A stretch of 35,862 nucleotides of DNA, taken from positions 173,932,299 to 173,968,160 of the forward strand of contig NC_068982.1 of NCBI RefSeq assembly GCF_001194135.2, written 5' to 3'. Of the stretch, positions 23,896 to 35,862 are shown piece after piece. The position numbers and the translations under genes are program-made. Within the stretch, counting starts at the first letter, position 1, and each line of letters opens with the position of its first letter. The DNA is from Octopus bimaculoides (taxonomy: Eukaryota). The notes under the pieces are model-generated. The model worked only from the letters and a program-made list of their open reading frames with translations, had not been told where the DNA came from and searched no databases.

Positions 23896-23898
<3 letters not shown>
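23479..23898 (-). mobile_element. SINE family A remnant split by a family B insertion
   Basis: Head aggcgcaggcgtcgttgtgtggtaagaagcttg (23867-23898), core aagccttgtgagtggatttag (23581-23614), and 3' part with microsatellite (23479-23580), all on minus. Confidence 0.7.
23617..23850 (-). mobile_element. tRNA-derived SINE, family B, alternative 3' tail
   Basis: Reverse complement starts taaggcggcgagctggcagaaacgttagcacg. About 14 substitutions and 1 indel over ~150 nt versus 23180-23335 (manual count). Tail ends gggcaataaagaaataag. Confidence 0.92.
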
Positions 23899-23931
<33 letters not shown>

Positions 23932-24531
23932 CATCTGTATGTATTTATTTGTGTATGTGCGCATTCTTTTCTTTCCCATGCGTCTGTTGTCTACCTACAG
24001 CTGTCGGAGTGTTTCTTTATGTTCGCATGTAGTCATACACTATGCTCCTGTATGCATGCAAACTTGAATAAATGTTTGTGTGGCCATATATTTTATAGCA
24101 ATTGTTTGTATTCCTTAGATTTGTTTGAATTTTGTGAAGGTAAACAAATTAAATTCACACCTAAATCAAGTAGATATTTGTAATGTAATGTAAGATGGTG
24201 GTTGTAATCGTTATATTGAATTTGTGTTATTGATCATTGCTTCTATTATCACAATCCAATAGTTTATTATTTTTCATTATTTTCATTATCACATTGCCGT
24301 CATTATCATCATAATCATCATCATCATCATCACCATCGTCGCACACTTGATTTTATACATTGAAGATTATTACTATTATATCGTAGTAGCTACATAATAA
24401 ATATTTACATCTATCCATACATGCATACACAGATACATACTCACAATATATACATTTACACACACACACACACATATATGTACACATATGTATACATACT
24501 GGCTAAACTGGCAATATGACCATCCCCAAGT

Positions 24532-24588
<57 letters not shown>

Positions 24589-24598
24589 NNNNNNNNNN

Positions 24599-24688
<90 letters not shown>

Positions 24689-24884
24689 GACATATTCTTG
24701 CGAGTGTGTATATGTCTGTAAATATGTATGTATATGTATGATTTGCATATTTCCGTCTAAAAAGGCAGATACGAAGAAAACTGCAATTTAGGGCAAAGTA
24801 CTCAATACATAGAGTATAATAGATTCATTATTTATAAGTTATTGTTATTTATTGAGAATGTTGATGTTTAAAAACACTAGTATA

Positions 24885-24973
<89 letters not shown>

Positions 24974-25007
24974 GTATATTCATATATATGTATGTATGTG
25001 TGTGTGT

Positions 25008-25051
<44 letters not shown>

Positions 25052-25274
25052 AAGTATGTATGTATGTATATATGTATGTGCTTGACGATATGTTTTCATT
25101 GATATTCCCCGTTATCTTCATTCCACAATACTTCTTAACAATATGATTATTTGCTTATATTGTTTCCATGTTTATACTTTTAGCCATAACTACCAGTCTC
25201 ATTAATTGCATAAACAGAACGTGCACGCATCTCCCATTACATACATATATATATATACATGTGTGTGATTGTGT

Positions 25275-25306
<32 letters not shown>

Positions 25307-25538
25307 ATTACTTCCTGCATTATTACCATTATGCATCCATTTTGCAATACATTCTGTGTTCAGTTGAAATTAAATTTCTTCTTTATGATGTTTTTGGTTT
25401 TCTCATTTCTTTCTGGAAGGTTTGCTCTGTTTATTTGTTGATTCTGCTTTTCAATATTTTTTTAAAATTTTAAATTACAAAGTTTTATTTCCACTGAAAT
25501 GAATTATTCTCGAAAAACTAGACAAATGTTCTTTATAG

Positions 25539-25589
25539 AATATAACTTTGATTTTGCCTTTGCCGCGATTGTCGGTGTGGTATTGGTTG
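25539..25589 (+). CDS. Candidate internal coding exon, 51 nt, phase 1-1, start of a transmembrane-like segment
   Basis: Acceptor atgttctttatag, donor TTG|gtgagt. Reads (E)YNFDFAFAAIVGVVLV. Confidence 0.45.
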
Positions 25590-26174
25590 GTGAGTTAATA
25601 ACTGTACTGCTGATAATAGTTTTGTTTCTATTGTTGTGGTTACTGGTAGCGGTATTGGTGGTGGTTTGCTTTAATAGTTTTGGTTAAAATATCGAGTATA
25701 ATAATAATAATTATTATTATTATTATTGTTATTATCACTGACGTTGTCTCTGTGAATTGTTGCTGGTACTACTGAGTATTAATATTAGTACAACCATTAT
25801 TGTCGATGTATTTCACCGTTGTGCTTCTATGGTTTCTGATGAAAGCAACAAATGGTACACAAATAGGTTTCTGTTTCCTTTTTACGTGCCGCTTTGTTCT
25901 TTTCTCCATTCTCTACTTCGATTTATCTGTTGAAATATGTTGTTGTTACGCAGTCTGTAAGAGCGCATGTGTCTGTGTTTCATTACAGAAACGCATGTAC
26001 ACACGTACACACACATATACAAATACAGATACAGGAAAACATAAATACATGCATACACGCGCACATGCGCACGCACACATAAAGACGCACATACTCACGT
26101 ACATACACACACACACGCACACACGCACACACGCACATGTATATATACATCAGAGTAAAGTTGATTTATAAATC

Positions 26175-26259
26175 CGGGCAAATGTCTTCTGCTATAGCTT
26201 CGGGCCGACCAAAACCTTGTGAACGGATTTGCTAGAAACTGAAAGAAACTCGTCATATA

Positions 26260-26356
<97 letters not shown>

Positions 26357-26500
26357 ACTTGTTTGTGTCAGTGTTTCTCCCCCACCAATACTTGACAGCC
26401 GATATTGGTGTGTTTACGTAGCCGTATGTAGCGGTTCGGGAAAAAAGCCGACAAAGTATGTGTCGGGCTTAAAAATTAAGTGTCGGAGTAGAACCATTCG
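26175..26500 (+). mobile_element. SINE family A, 5'-truncated, with expanded internal (TG)n
   Basis: Core cttctgctatagcttcgggccgaccaaa (26186-26213); 3' part ttgacagccgatattggtgtgtttacg...tagcggttcgg. Confidence 0.82.
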
Positions 26501-26931
26501 TCAAAAAAGTTGCTCGAGATAAAAAAAAACCATATTACATGTAAAGCATCCGCATCTCAGCAGAAAAGGATTCTAAATCATAAAAAATATTATTTTTGAA
26601 ATTTTGTACAATGTAGTATTGAAACGCTCGGAACTATGGAATTAAATGTAATACGATAAATTCCACTCATCGACATCTTATGTATGCGTGTGTGTATATT
26701 TATATGTATTATGTATGTAAGTATGTTTATATGTATGTATGCATGTATGTATGTATTCGGATAATTCTGAACAATTTCAGTTAAACAAATTTATTCAAGT
26801 GAAACGTAGAGAGAGAAAGCCACTTGATATGCGGTTGCGGACTGATCTTTGAACCACATAGCCATGACTGCCTTCATATATGAGTGAAAGAGTGAAAGAG
26901 AGCATGCACGTATATGGATGTGACTGTTGAA

Positions 26932-26969
<38 letters not shown>

Positions 26970-27448
26970 ATACACGCACACACAGACATATATGTATGTA
27001 AGTGTCGATGTATGTGTATTTGTTGTGTATGTGTGGGTGTGGGTGTGTGCGTGTGGGTGTGCGTGTGTGTATCTGCATATCGCACAAAAAAAATTTGGTG
27101 CCGCTTGTAAAAAAAGTTCCTCAAATCTTGTCTACCTATCTGTTCCTTCAATATATTAAACAACTTGATGTTGAGTATCTTCAGGAATGTGTTCTTTTCT
27201 TCTACTGGCTGTATCTAGAGGAAGTGGAATGTCTTTTGTCCTCTACAGGCTCTCCCAGAACGGTGAGATTTATGCTGTTAATGTTAGTCTTGGATATATT
27301 GTAAAGATATGAGCAGGGAAGAAATTTGAGAGCTCGAAGTTCTGTGAAGGAAGGACAAGGTGACTGACAAATGTGGGGCAAGTGTGATGATAAGAGAAAT
27401 GACTGAGATGGGAATGCAAGGAAAGCGGTGGCTGAAATCCAACCAGCT

Positions 27449-27492
27449 CCGAACATTAGAGACCGAACATTAGAGACCGAACATTAGAGACC
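27449..27492 (+). repeat. Perfect 14-bp tandem triplication (ccgaacattagaga)x3
   Basis: Units at 27449, 27463 and 27477. Confidence 0.97.
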
Positions 27493-29757
27493 ATTATAGA
27501 AGAGATAGTAAAGAATGAAGCTCACTTTTTGACCAGATGTTGTCACTCACAAAGCGTATTTGTCAGAGATTCCATACCAAGTCAGCCGAGTAACCTTTTG
27601 TAGACCTGGTCTAGGATGATAGGGAGTTGAAATATTTTCTGGTCCAGAAGAGAAAGGGTGCGATTCTAACATGCGATTCTAACAATGATATTTATGTGAT
27701 TTTGCCAGGATAGATCGTCGGTGACAATGAGACCCAAGAACTGGAACAAATGTGAGGGCTGTATGTGAGAGCAGCTCATGTTTAAGGTTGTGTGTTGCGA
27801 TGATGCTCTGAACTGAGTAAAGTTTGTTTTCTTGCTTTTGAAAGATTGACATATATTCTTAGAAAAATGCTTTCGAGATATCAGTTAACAGAATCAGTGT
27901 TTGGCATACGGTGTAGCTAGGTTGATTGATTGATATCTTCATTCATTTATTCATTCATTCATACGTTTATCTATTATTTTGATAAATTTATTATTAGATA
28001 AATTTCTGATAAAATTACAACACTTAGAGATTCGTCGATTTATACTTTTAAATATAATCAATCTTCGGTAATGAATTTGAGTAATTTGTATCGGGCGCTA
28101 ACGACGAAGGGACAATAAAGTTTGAATAGATATCATATGAAAAATATATTACAAATACTCCATAAATTTCGATATGCATTCATTCAGTAGTTCGATCAAC
28201 TGAACTAGTAACTCGTTAAAAAAGCATAGATGTGACTGAGTATTACAACTACTCGTGTCCGCTTCATGTAACTCTTAGGCCGAACGAGATTTCCTTTATA
28301 ATTGCAATCCACTTGACCTACTGACGTACACCTTCCATTTCCTCAAGGGTGTCGTAAAAGGCGTTCGAATTTGATTCCAAGCAGGGTTGACCAATTTAAT
28401 GGAATACTTGAGAACCAACAGAGATTAGAAATGGGTATTTTGTCATCAGCAAGCTGATAATTTCAACTCTAGTTGTTGATGTTTTGCGCTTGGTTGGCCC
28501 ACATTGACAATTATGATCAAAAACTTCCAAGGTTAAATAGTTTCTTTTTTTTTTCTTTTGAGAGGAATGCTACGACAACATTATCTAATGTCTCTTTAAA
28601 ATGGTGGAATGATATATCTGAGTAATTTGCCTGCTATATGTAGTATAGCGTTCGACTAACTAGAGGCGCTGTCGTTTGCTCATTTTAAATGCAGTTTAAG
28701 TTACTTCATAGCTATAGATAGCAGCTGCAATATCAATAAACTGAAGTGCGATTACCTCACAAGTAGTTAAGTGCTCGTTTCCTACACTCCAACAACGAGG
28801 AAAAAATAAGCGCTCTGTGATTGACTAGAGTCGTATCCAGGTGGATAATAATTTTTCTTCTGCTTAAGCTGTTGGATTAGGTGTAGAATAGGACAGTGGA
28901 TCTGTGTGGATTGGAACAAGGTCAGTCATTATTTAGACGACACCAGTTTCTATAGGATATCAAAAAAAAGATGCGTCATTTATCAAGTTTTGAGAATGTT
29001 ACACTTTCTGCTAGTGTTTGCCTCTGTCTTTGCTTGATTTGACATTTATAAAGCTGCCTCTCAGTTGTTATGATTCTCTGTAATCTGTTTCAAATTTTGC
29101 CAAGATCAACTTTATCTTTCATTCTCTCGGAGTTTATAAAGAAGTACCGATCTAGGACAGTGGAAAAGCAGCACTGTTAGAGTATCGAATATCCCGCAGT
29201 ATTTGTTCCTGTTTTCTGCCAACTAGCAGCAATTCATACAACGACACTAGCGCCGAGTTGTATCGGCCTTTAAGACGGCAGCCATTCCTTTTGACAACAT
29301 CGATGATATCATTAGAAGAGTTCTGCATGCTTGGGCATGCAGGCATTTCTTTAAAAAATTTTCCCTCATTAGCGCTTGAGTGTTGCATACATGGTTAACA
29401 AAGTTTCACGGAGACCCCTATTGATTTTTTTTTTAATATTCTTAACTTTCAATATTTGTCTTGAAATGACGTTCTTGTTATTTTGTTGGTATTCCAGTTG
29501 CTATTTTATAGTCAAAAGTCAGATCTTGCCAAACTGACGAATGATCACTGGCGTTCAGTATTTGGCCATCCCTTCTTTCTCTTTCGGTATTACTTTACCA
29601 AAGATCACATTTCCCAATGTGAGCGTGATTTGAGGGTAATTTGACTGCTATTTCTACTTTGTTATGTGACCATGCTGTAGGCTCGAGAATAAGCAACGCC
29701 GTCTGCAAACATGAAGACGTTTCAAATCGACGGAGATTACAGTAGTCTCTCCTCTCC

Positions 29758-29815
<58 letters not shown>

Positions 29816-31071
29816 NNNNNNNNNNNNNNNNNNNNNNNNNNNNNNNNNNNNNNNNNNNNNNNNNNNNNNNNNNNNNNNNNNNNNNNNNNNNNNNNNNNNN
29901 NNNNNNNNNNNNNNNNNNNNNNNNNNNNNNNNNNNNNNNNNNNNNNNNNNNNNNNNNNNNNNNNNNNNNNNNNNNNNNNNNNNNNNNNNNNNNNNNNNNN
30001 NNNNNNNNNNNNNNNNNNNNNNNNNNNNNNNNNNNNNNNNNNNNNNNNNNNNNNNNNNNNNNNNNNNNNNNNNNNNNNNNNNNNNNNNNNNNNNNNNNNN
30101 NNNNNNNNNNNNNNNNNNNNNNNNNNNNNNNNNNNNNNNNNNNNNNNNNNNNNNNNNNNNNNNNNNNNNNNNNNNNNNNNNNNNNNNNNNNNNNNNNNNN
30201 NNNNNNNNNNNNNNNNNNNNNNNNNNNNNNNNNNNNNNNNNNNNNNNNNNNNNNNNNNNNNNNNNNNNNNNNNNNNNNNNNNNNNNNNNNNNNNNNNATA
30301 TATATTTAAAGAAAGGTTTCTGGTGTACATATGTATGAACGTATGTATGTACGTACGTATGTATGTATTTATGTATGTATGTATGTATGTATGTATGTAT
30401 GTATGTATGTATGTATGTATGTACGTAGGTATGTACGTACGTATGCATGCATGCCTGTACGTATGTGTTTTATGTACGTAGTGGAAGGAGGAATTACAAA
30501 ACAAATTGACACAAAGGTGTCAGGTAGTAATTGAACAGCGACTCTGAAAAACAGGCAACGCTAGGAACGAAACGGAGAAATCAATGTTTCATTAAAAAAG
30601 GAAATAAACAATCAAACAAATGACAATAAAAATAAAATATACTAAAATAAATAAATAAAGTGATGGTCAGAATATATATTTTAACTTCAGCAAGTCATTT
30701 TTTATCACGTGATTTTGAGTACACCGAAACTAGTGTGGTTTTATTTTGTCTTTTGTCTATGTGTGTGTGTTTATGTGTGTGTGTGTGTGTGTGCGTGCGT
30801 GTGTGTGTGTGCGTGTGTGTGTGTGTGTGTGTTTCTATTTGTTTATTACTTTTTGTTTACAAATCTGATGATAGGTGAACGAAGTAAAGGAAAAAATACA
30901 CAAAGAATGACACAAACAAAAGGAAACTAGCAATATAAACAAACAATACATAAGTAAATAAATAAAAGGGGAAAAATCTATGTAAATGTCGGTAAGAAAA
31001 TAGAAGCGATTGTCGCAGGGGTGAGGCATGGAATCTGATGGATGGACAAGCTTCGGTAGTGACATTTATAG

Positions 31072-31135
31072 GTACCTTATTACGACGGTAGCCCTATTGG
31101 AGGTCTTACGCCCATACCTTCACTCTCAACAGAAG
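31072..31135 (+). CDS. Weak candidate internal exon (phase 0 to 1)
   Basis: Acceptor gacatttatag, donor AAG|gtgtca. Reads VPYYDGSPIGGLTPIPSLSTE. Confidence 0.25.
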
Positions 31136-31786
31136 GTGTCAGAAGCTCACATACATGTTTAAAGCAAATATAACAACAAATAAGCAAATAAACGCCGACA
31201 ACAACAGTAACAACAGCAATGGAGAAAGAAAGGAAGAAAGAATCAGAGAAAAGAAAGAAAAGTAATATAAAAAAGAACTATAAGTAGAAAGGGGAAAATA
31301 CTAGTAAAGCACCCTTCTTCACCTGCTGATGACAAGCATTGTGGTTAATCTCCTTTGAGCTGTCTGGGTACGATATAAATTACTTGCTGCCTGTTACACT
31401 GGTCTCCACGCCTATTTACAATGTTATATAGAGTCTGGCTGTCTCACAAACCGAGGGGGCAATATCAAACAAATATACAGACAAACATGGCGGAATAACT
31501 AACACCAACTGATGGTATTTCCATAGAAAAATAACCTACGCTATAGTGTGAAGGAAGCGTGGTCAAATTATAAGAATTTATTTAAAAGGTCCTCTGTTGT
31601 TTTCCTTTCAAATGTTTCAATTTAGCATTGTAATTTTCAACTTTCAAACTATACTTTTGTTTACACATTTTTTTTCTTCTTTGTCCATGTTTAGCTTCCA
31701 TTTTCCGTTAAAAATGTTATGCATTTATCTTAAAACTTTCTTTAATATTTACCGTTCGGTATTTTTCCATTTTTGTTTTTTTTTAA

Positions 31787-32140
<354 letters not shown>

Positions 32141-32299
32141 TATACGTATACACACCCCTTGCGCTTGTATATACATTAGAGTTGGTCTATTTATTTGAAG
32201 GTGTGACTCTCTTCTTTTACAACCCTCAGTTTACTTTTCCAACTTTTCACAATTTGTATCTATGCTGAATAATGTTATACTGTCATCGCAGTATCAATG

Positions 32300-33320
32300 A
32301 CTCTTTGTAAAAGTATTAGTGTTATCATATCCGTACAACTCCCATCGATGTCTGATGACAATAATCAAACATTGGATGAGATCTTTCTAAATCCAAATCT
32401 CACCATAGAGTACACACTTCTATAACCTGCATTTACATGATGTCGTTGGAAAACCTTTCAAAGATCGAATATGCAAACGTGTGTTAAAACTTTAACCCTA
32501 ACGGCCAATAACAGCAAACCATTATTGGCTGTTAGTACCGAGATGGTTTCCGTGGTGATCTTCGTTATTCTGGAATGACTCTTCAATAAGGTATCTTTCA
32601 AACTGAAAATAAAAAAAACATATTTAAAAATCTCACAGTTATACGCTCTATTGCATGTATTAAACCGTCGTTTTCTTTCTATGACATCTCCAGAATTTTG
32701 TTTTATAGAAATGTTTATATAAACTGCGTGAGTTATGACCAAATGTAGCATTAAAAAATTGGACTAAGTGCCGAAGAGAGTTGTAATAGAACATACTGAA
32801 ATAAGGCACTGTCAGAAAATTGTGAAACAGCTGGTGCACATAGACAGACCTTTCTGTTATGAACTACCAGTAACATACAAGATACGTGACATACATTTGC
32901 GGGTTTCCAACAGATCTTGTTCTTTGGGAACTGTAGCGATGGTACCATATTGATGGTAGTAAAAACTTAAAATGATTCAGAAGGAAGTTATTTAAGACTG
33001 CTTCCTTGATCTTTGGGGGTTTGAGTGTGAGTACTATAGAGAGAACATTAGATGAACCATACTTGAAAATGAGATGTATAGAGTGAAATCTTAAATATTT
33101 TGGCAAGGATATAATCTTGAACTGGAACACTTTACATTTAATAGAAAGGATACCTTCAAGATCTGTCACCCTATTGAGTTTTGAGAATTTTAACAGTGGT
33201 TTTATGCGAAGTGTCAGAGAAATTGAGTAGAGAAGGAAATCTTAGGCAGAGTCTTGTGGAACTTTAAGTAAAACGGTTGCGTCATCAGAATTTTAAGCAA
33301 AAGGATGGCATCATCAGAAG
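32300..33320 (-). mobile_element. Possible highly degraded LINE ORF2 remnant
   Basis: Colinear weak motifs across broken frames: SSNVLSIVL, LPSIW, TIATVPKEQDLL (32943-32908), KVFQR...FGFRK (32465-32375). They resemble the LINE pre-RT order PDGIxxxVLK...FPxxWK...PVPKKGD...KVFER...QFGFRK. Confidence 0.3.
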
Positions 33321-34223
33321 TTCTACTTATAGTGTCATTTTTTAATTGAAAAGTGTCGAATACGTCATAGTTTTAAGATTGACAAAAACCAGGCTTCACT
33401 CCAAGATATTTGTAAAATTTTGGATGTCTCTACACAAAAAAAATGGATTTGCATTTATATAACTCCTCTTCACCATGGTGTCGAACAAGATTAAAAATTT
33501 AAAAGCATTCCATATTATTAAGCATAGTTATTTGTCCTACCTTCTTTTCAATCATCACAGTCATTCTTGGCAAGAGGACCTTCAGTGCATGCAGGGCTAA
33601 CTGGAGAAGTGAAAGTGCTTCTAAGGTGTGATGTATAGAAATACATCATTTTCTTTCCTGATATTCGTCTTGCAGATCTTGATTGAAGGGTGTGTGATAT
33701 GTTATTTGTGATAACAATGGTAGTGGCTATGATGATTTGGAGATCTGAACGGGGATATGTCTAGGTATTGTAGGCAATGACCTTTGTCTGTATTACATAG
33801 CAACTAAAAGTGACCCACTGGGCAATTGAAGGTTATGTGCTTTAGTATTTTGACTGAAGTAGATTATTGTAGTTTGATACAAGTAAGGATATATTGTGTC
33901 TTACATAAATAAATATTAAACTTAAATATTCTAATAAGGATTATATGAGAAAATAATATCATTTCCAAGGATATTATTTCATTTCCAAGAATATGAAATG
34001 TATTATATGATGGAAAATAAATTTGTTAAGAAATAGAAACTGGTCGGAAAAGGATTTAATTATTTGCTTAGGGAAAACGTTATATAAAGAATTATATAAA
34101 AGAATTGAAAGCTTCATTGCGCGCGCACGCACACGCACAGACATTTATATGTAAATACATTCATAAATATATACACACAAGTATTATCTATGTGCTTGTT
34201 TATACGCGTATGTGTGTATCTAC

Positions 34224-34256
<33 letters not shown>

Positions 34257-34470
34257 TGTATGTATGTATGTATAAACAATTATTTCTCAATTCAGACGTT
34301 AAACGGTAGAATCTTGTATGATTCAACGTCGGCCTTTCAGTTGTTTTCGATCCATTAGTTTTTGTTTTTTTTAAATTAACCTTGAAGTGATGAATGGTGC
34401 TGTCGAACACAGAATATGTTCAACACCCTATCATTTCTACAGACTTAACCACTCTGTAATTTATACACCA

Positions 34471-34562
<92 letters not shown>

Positions 34563-34999
34563 CTATCTTTGTCTATCTAACTATCTTTATCTCTATTTCC
34601 CTGTCTGCCTGTCTGGTTGTCTCTGTCTCTCTCTGTCCCCCCTCTATTTTACTGAGTTTTATCATCCAATAATTTCTTAAAGGAAACCAAGCTGCAATGT
34701 ATGATATTCATCCCTTTCGTAATGTTATTACTTGCACAAATAGCAAAACAGTTTCACTTAAATTTGCCATAAATTTATTAAGCGATATTTTAAGACAAAG
34801 TGGAGTTTGGTATATGTTACCGCTCATGTTTTGTGTTGGTACACAATAGACTAAACGCAGTGAACCTACGCACACGATCTTCAAATTTGTTGAATGTCCT
34901 ACAGTGCTTATCGGATAAATAAGACGAGACCACAACGGGTAAATATATGATAGATCTATAAGGGACTTTCAAATTCTGTGTTAGACAAAGTGGGACCGT

Positions 35000-35097
35000 T
35001 CATTCATCAATGCCTTCAGCGGTATAACAAGTGCGATTCCGATTGCCGTCACCATGCGCACAAACTATCTCATCAGTAACAAGAACAACAGAATTAA
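35000..35097 (-). CDS. Weak candidate terminal exon on the minus strand
   Basis: Very strong acceptor tttttttttttcatttctacttgcag. Phase 1 reads xNSVVLVTDEIVCAHGDGNRNRTCYTAEGIDE*. Confidence 0.2.
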
Positions 35098-35728
35098 CTG
35101 CAAGTAGAAATGAAAAAAAAAAAAGCTGCCGATTAGCAGAATTGTTACAGGGTCCAACAAATGCCTCACGATATTTCTTTCGGTTCTTTGTGTTTCAAGT
35201 TCAAACACTACCAAAGTAAAATTTGTTTTCTTCTTTTTGGGGTTGATAAAATAAAGTACGGATCAAGTACTGCAGGTGATACGTCTCTCTCTTTCCCATT
35301 CCTTCTCTTTCTCTCTCTTTCTCCCTCTCTCCCTGGAACTTTGCTACATTGGAAACGAACTATGGTGGTCACTTATAGCATGTACTTCCTCCAAGACAAC
35401 CACTTCCATTGTATCACAATAGAAGAATCGGGGAGCCGAGTCTCCGGCGGTGTATGGACATGGTGATGATGAGTGATGGAAAGTGAAGGATACTGGCGGC
35501 TGAACAAGCATGGAATGTTTAAGTAATCCTCCATGATGTATTTCCTGTAATTCTATATACCATAGTCACTCATGGTGGCACAAGTGTGTACGTATATGCT
35601 TGTATATTTACACTGTATAAGTAAATACATAAGGATATATAAATTTGTGTATGCAAGAGTGTAACTGTGCATCTATGTATATATATACACATATGCATAT
35701 ATATTTATGTATGCATATATACATACAC

Positions 35729-35764
<36 letters not shown>

Positions 35765-35829
35765 GCGTGTATGTGTGTGCGTGCGTATGTTTGAGTGGGT
35801 GTGTGGGTATATATATATATATATATATG

Positions 35830-35862
<33 letters not shown>

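Larger units (their letters stand above)
427..30297. other. Assembly gaps (11 N-runs)
   Basis: 427-661, 1360-2052, 5391-6085, 7811-7820, 15438-15517, 16308-16823, 19824-19833, 21583-21925, 22564-22759, 24589-24598, 29816-30297. Most abut (TA)n, (TG)n or (TC)n. Confidence 0.99.

Noticed and set aside
25806-25855. MYFTVVLLWFLMKATN as a signal-peptide exon
   Set aside because: Weak donor (gtacac), and hydrophobic translations are ubiquitous in this T-rich intron.
27449-27492. 14-bp triple repeat as CRISPR or iteron
   Set aside because: Head-to-tail with no spacers; a simple tandem duplication.
238-30504. Long ORFs made mostly of X (e.g. 1330-2262, 5317-6513, 16254-16967, 29654-30448)
   Set aside because: They are open only because N-runs contain no stops; the flanks are microsatellite translations.

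Overview
AT-rich, microsatellite-dense eukaryotic DNA with 11 N-gaps, nearly all flanked by simple repeats (a short-read scaffold signature). The SINE families and repeat landscape suggest a cephalopod, most likely Octopus; this is inference from recalled repeat consensus, not a search. Well supported: a LINE reverse-transcriptase fragment with one stop before YADD (662-1359); an internally deleted Tc1 transposase remnant with one TIR (13169-13682); a TA-flanked MITE (15912-16297); a Helitron RepHel N-terminal remnant with five 69-bp (23-aa, STPR-like) repeats (minus, ~19980-20648); and several tRNA-type SINEs, including a tail-to-tail inverted pair, one with a 17-bp TSD. Almost all long ORFs in the track are artefacts of N-runs or microsatellites. 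No recognisable gene is present. The best lead is a chain of small phase-1 plus-strand candidate exons (18275-18379, an 18-nt micro-exon at 21106-21123, 25539-25589) that splices into an open peptide ending in a transmembrane-like segment; its introns hold the Helitron and the inverted SINEs. I cannot support a claim of a new biological system. The findings are testable leads.
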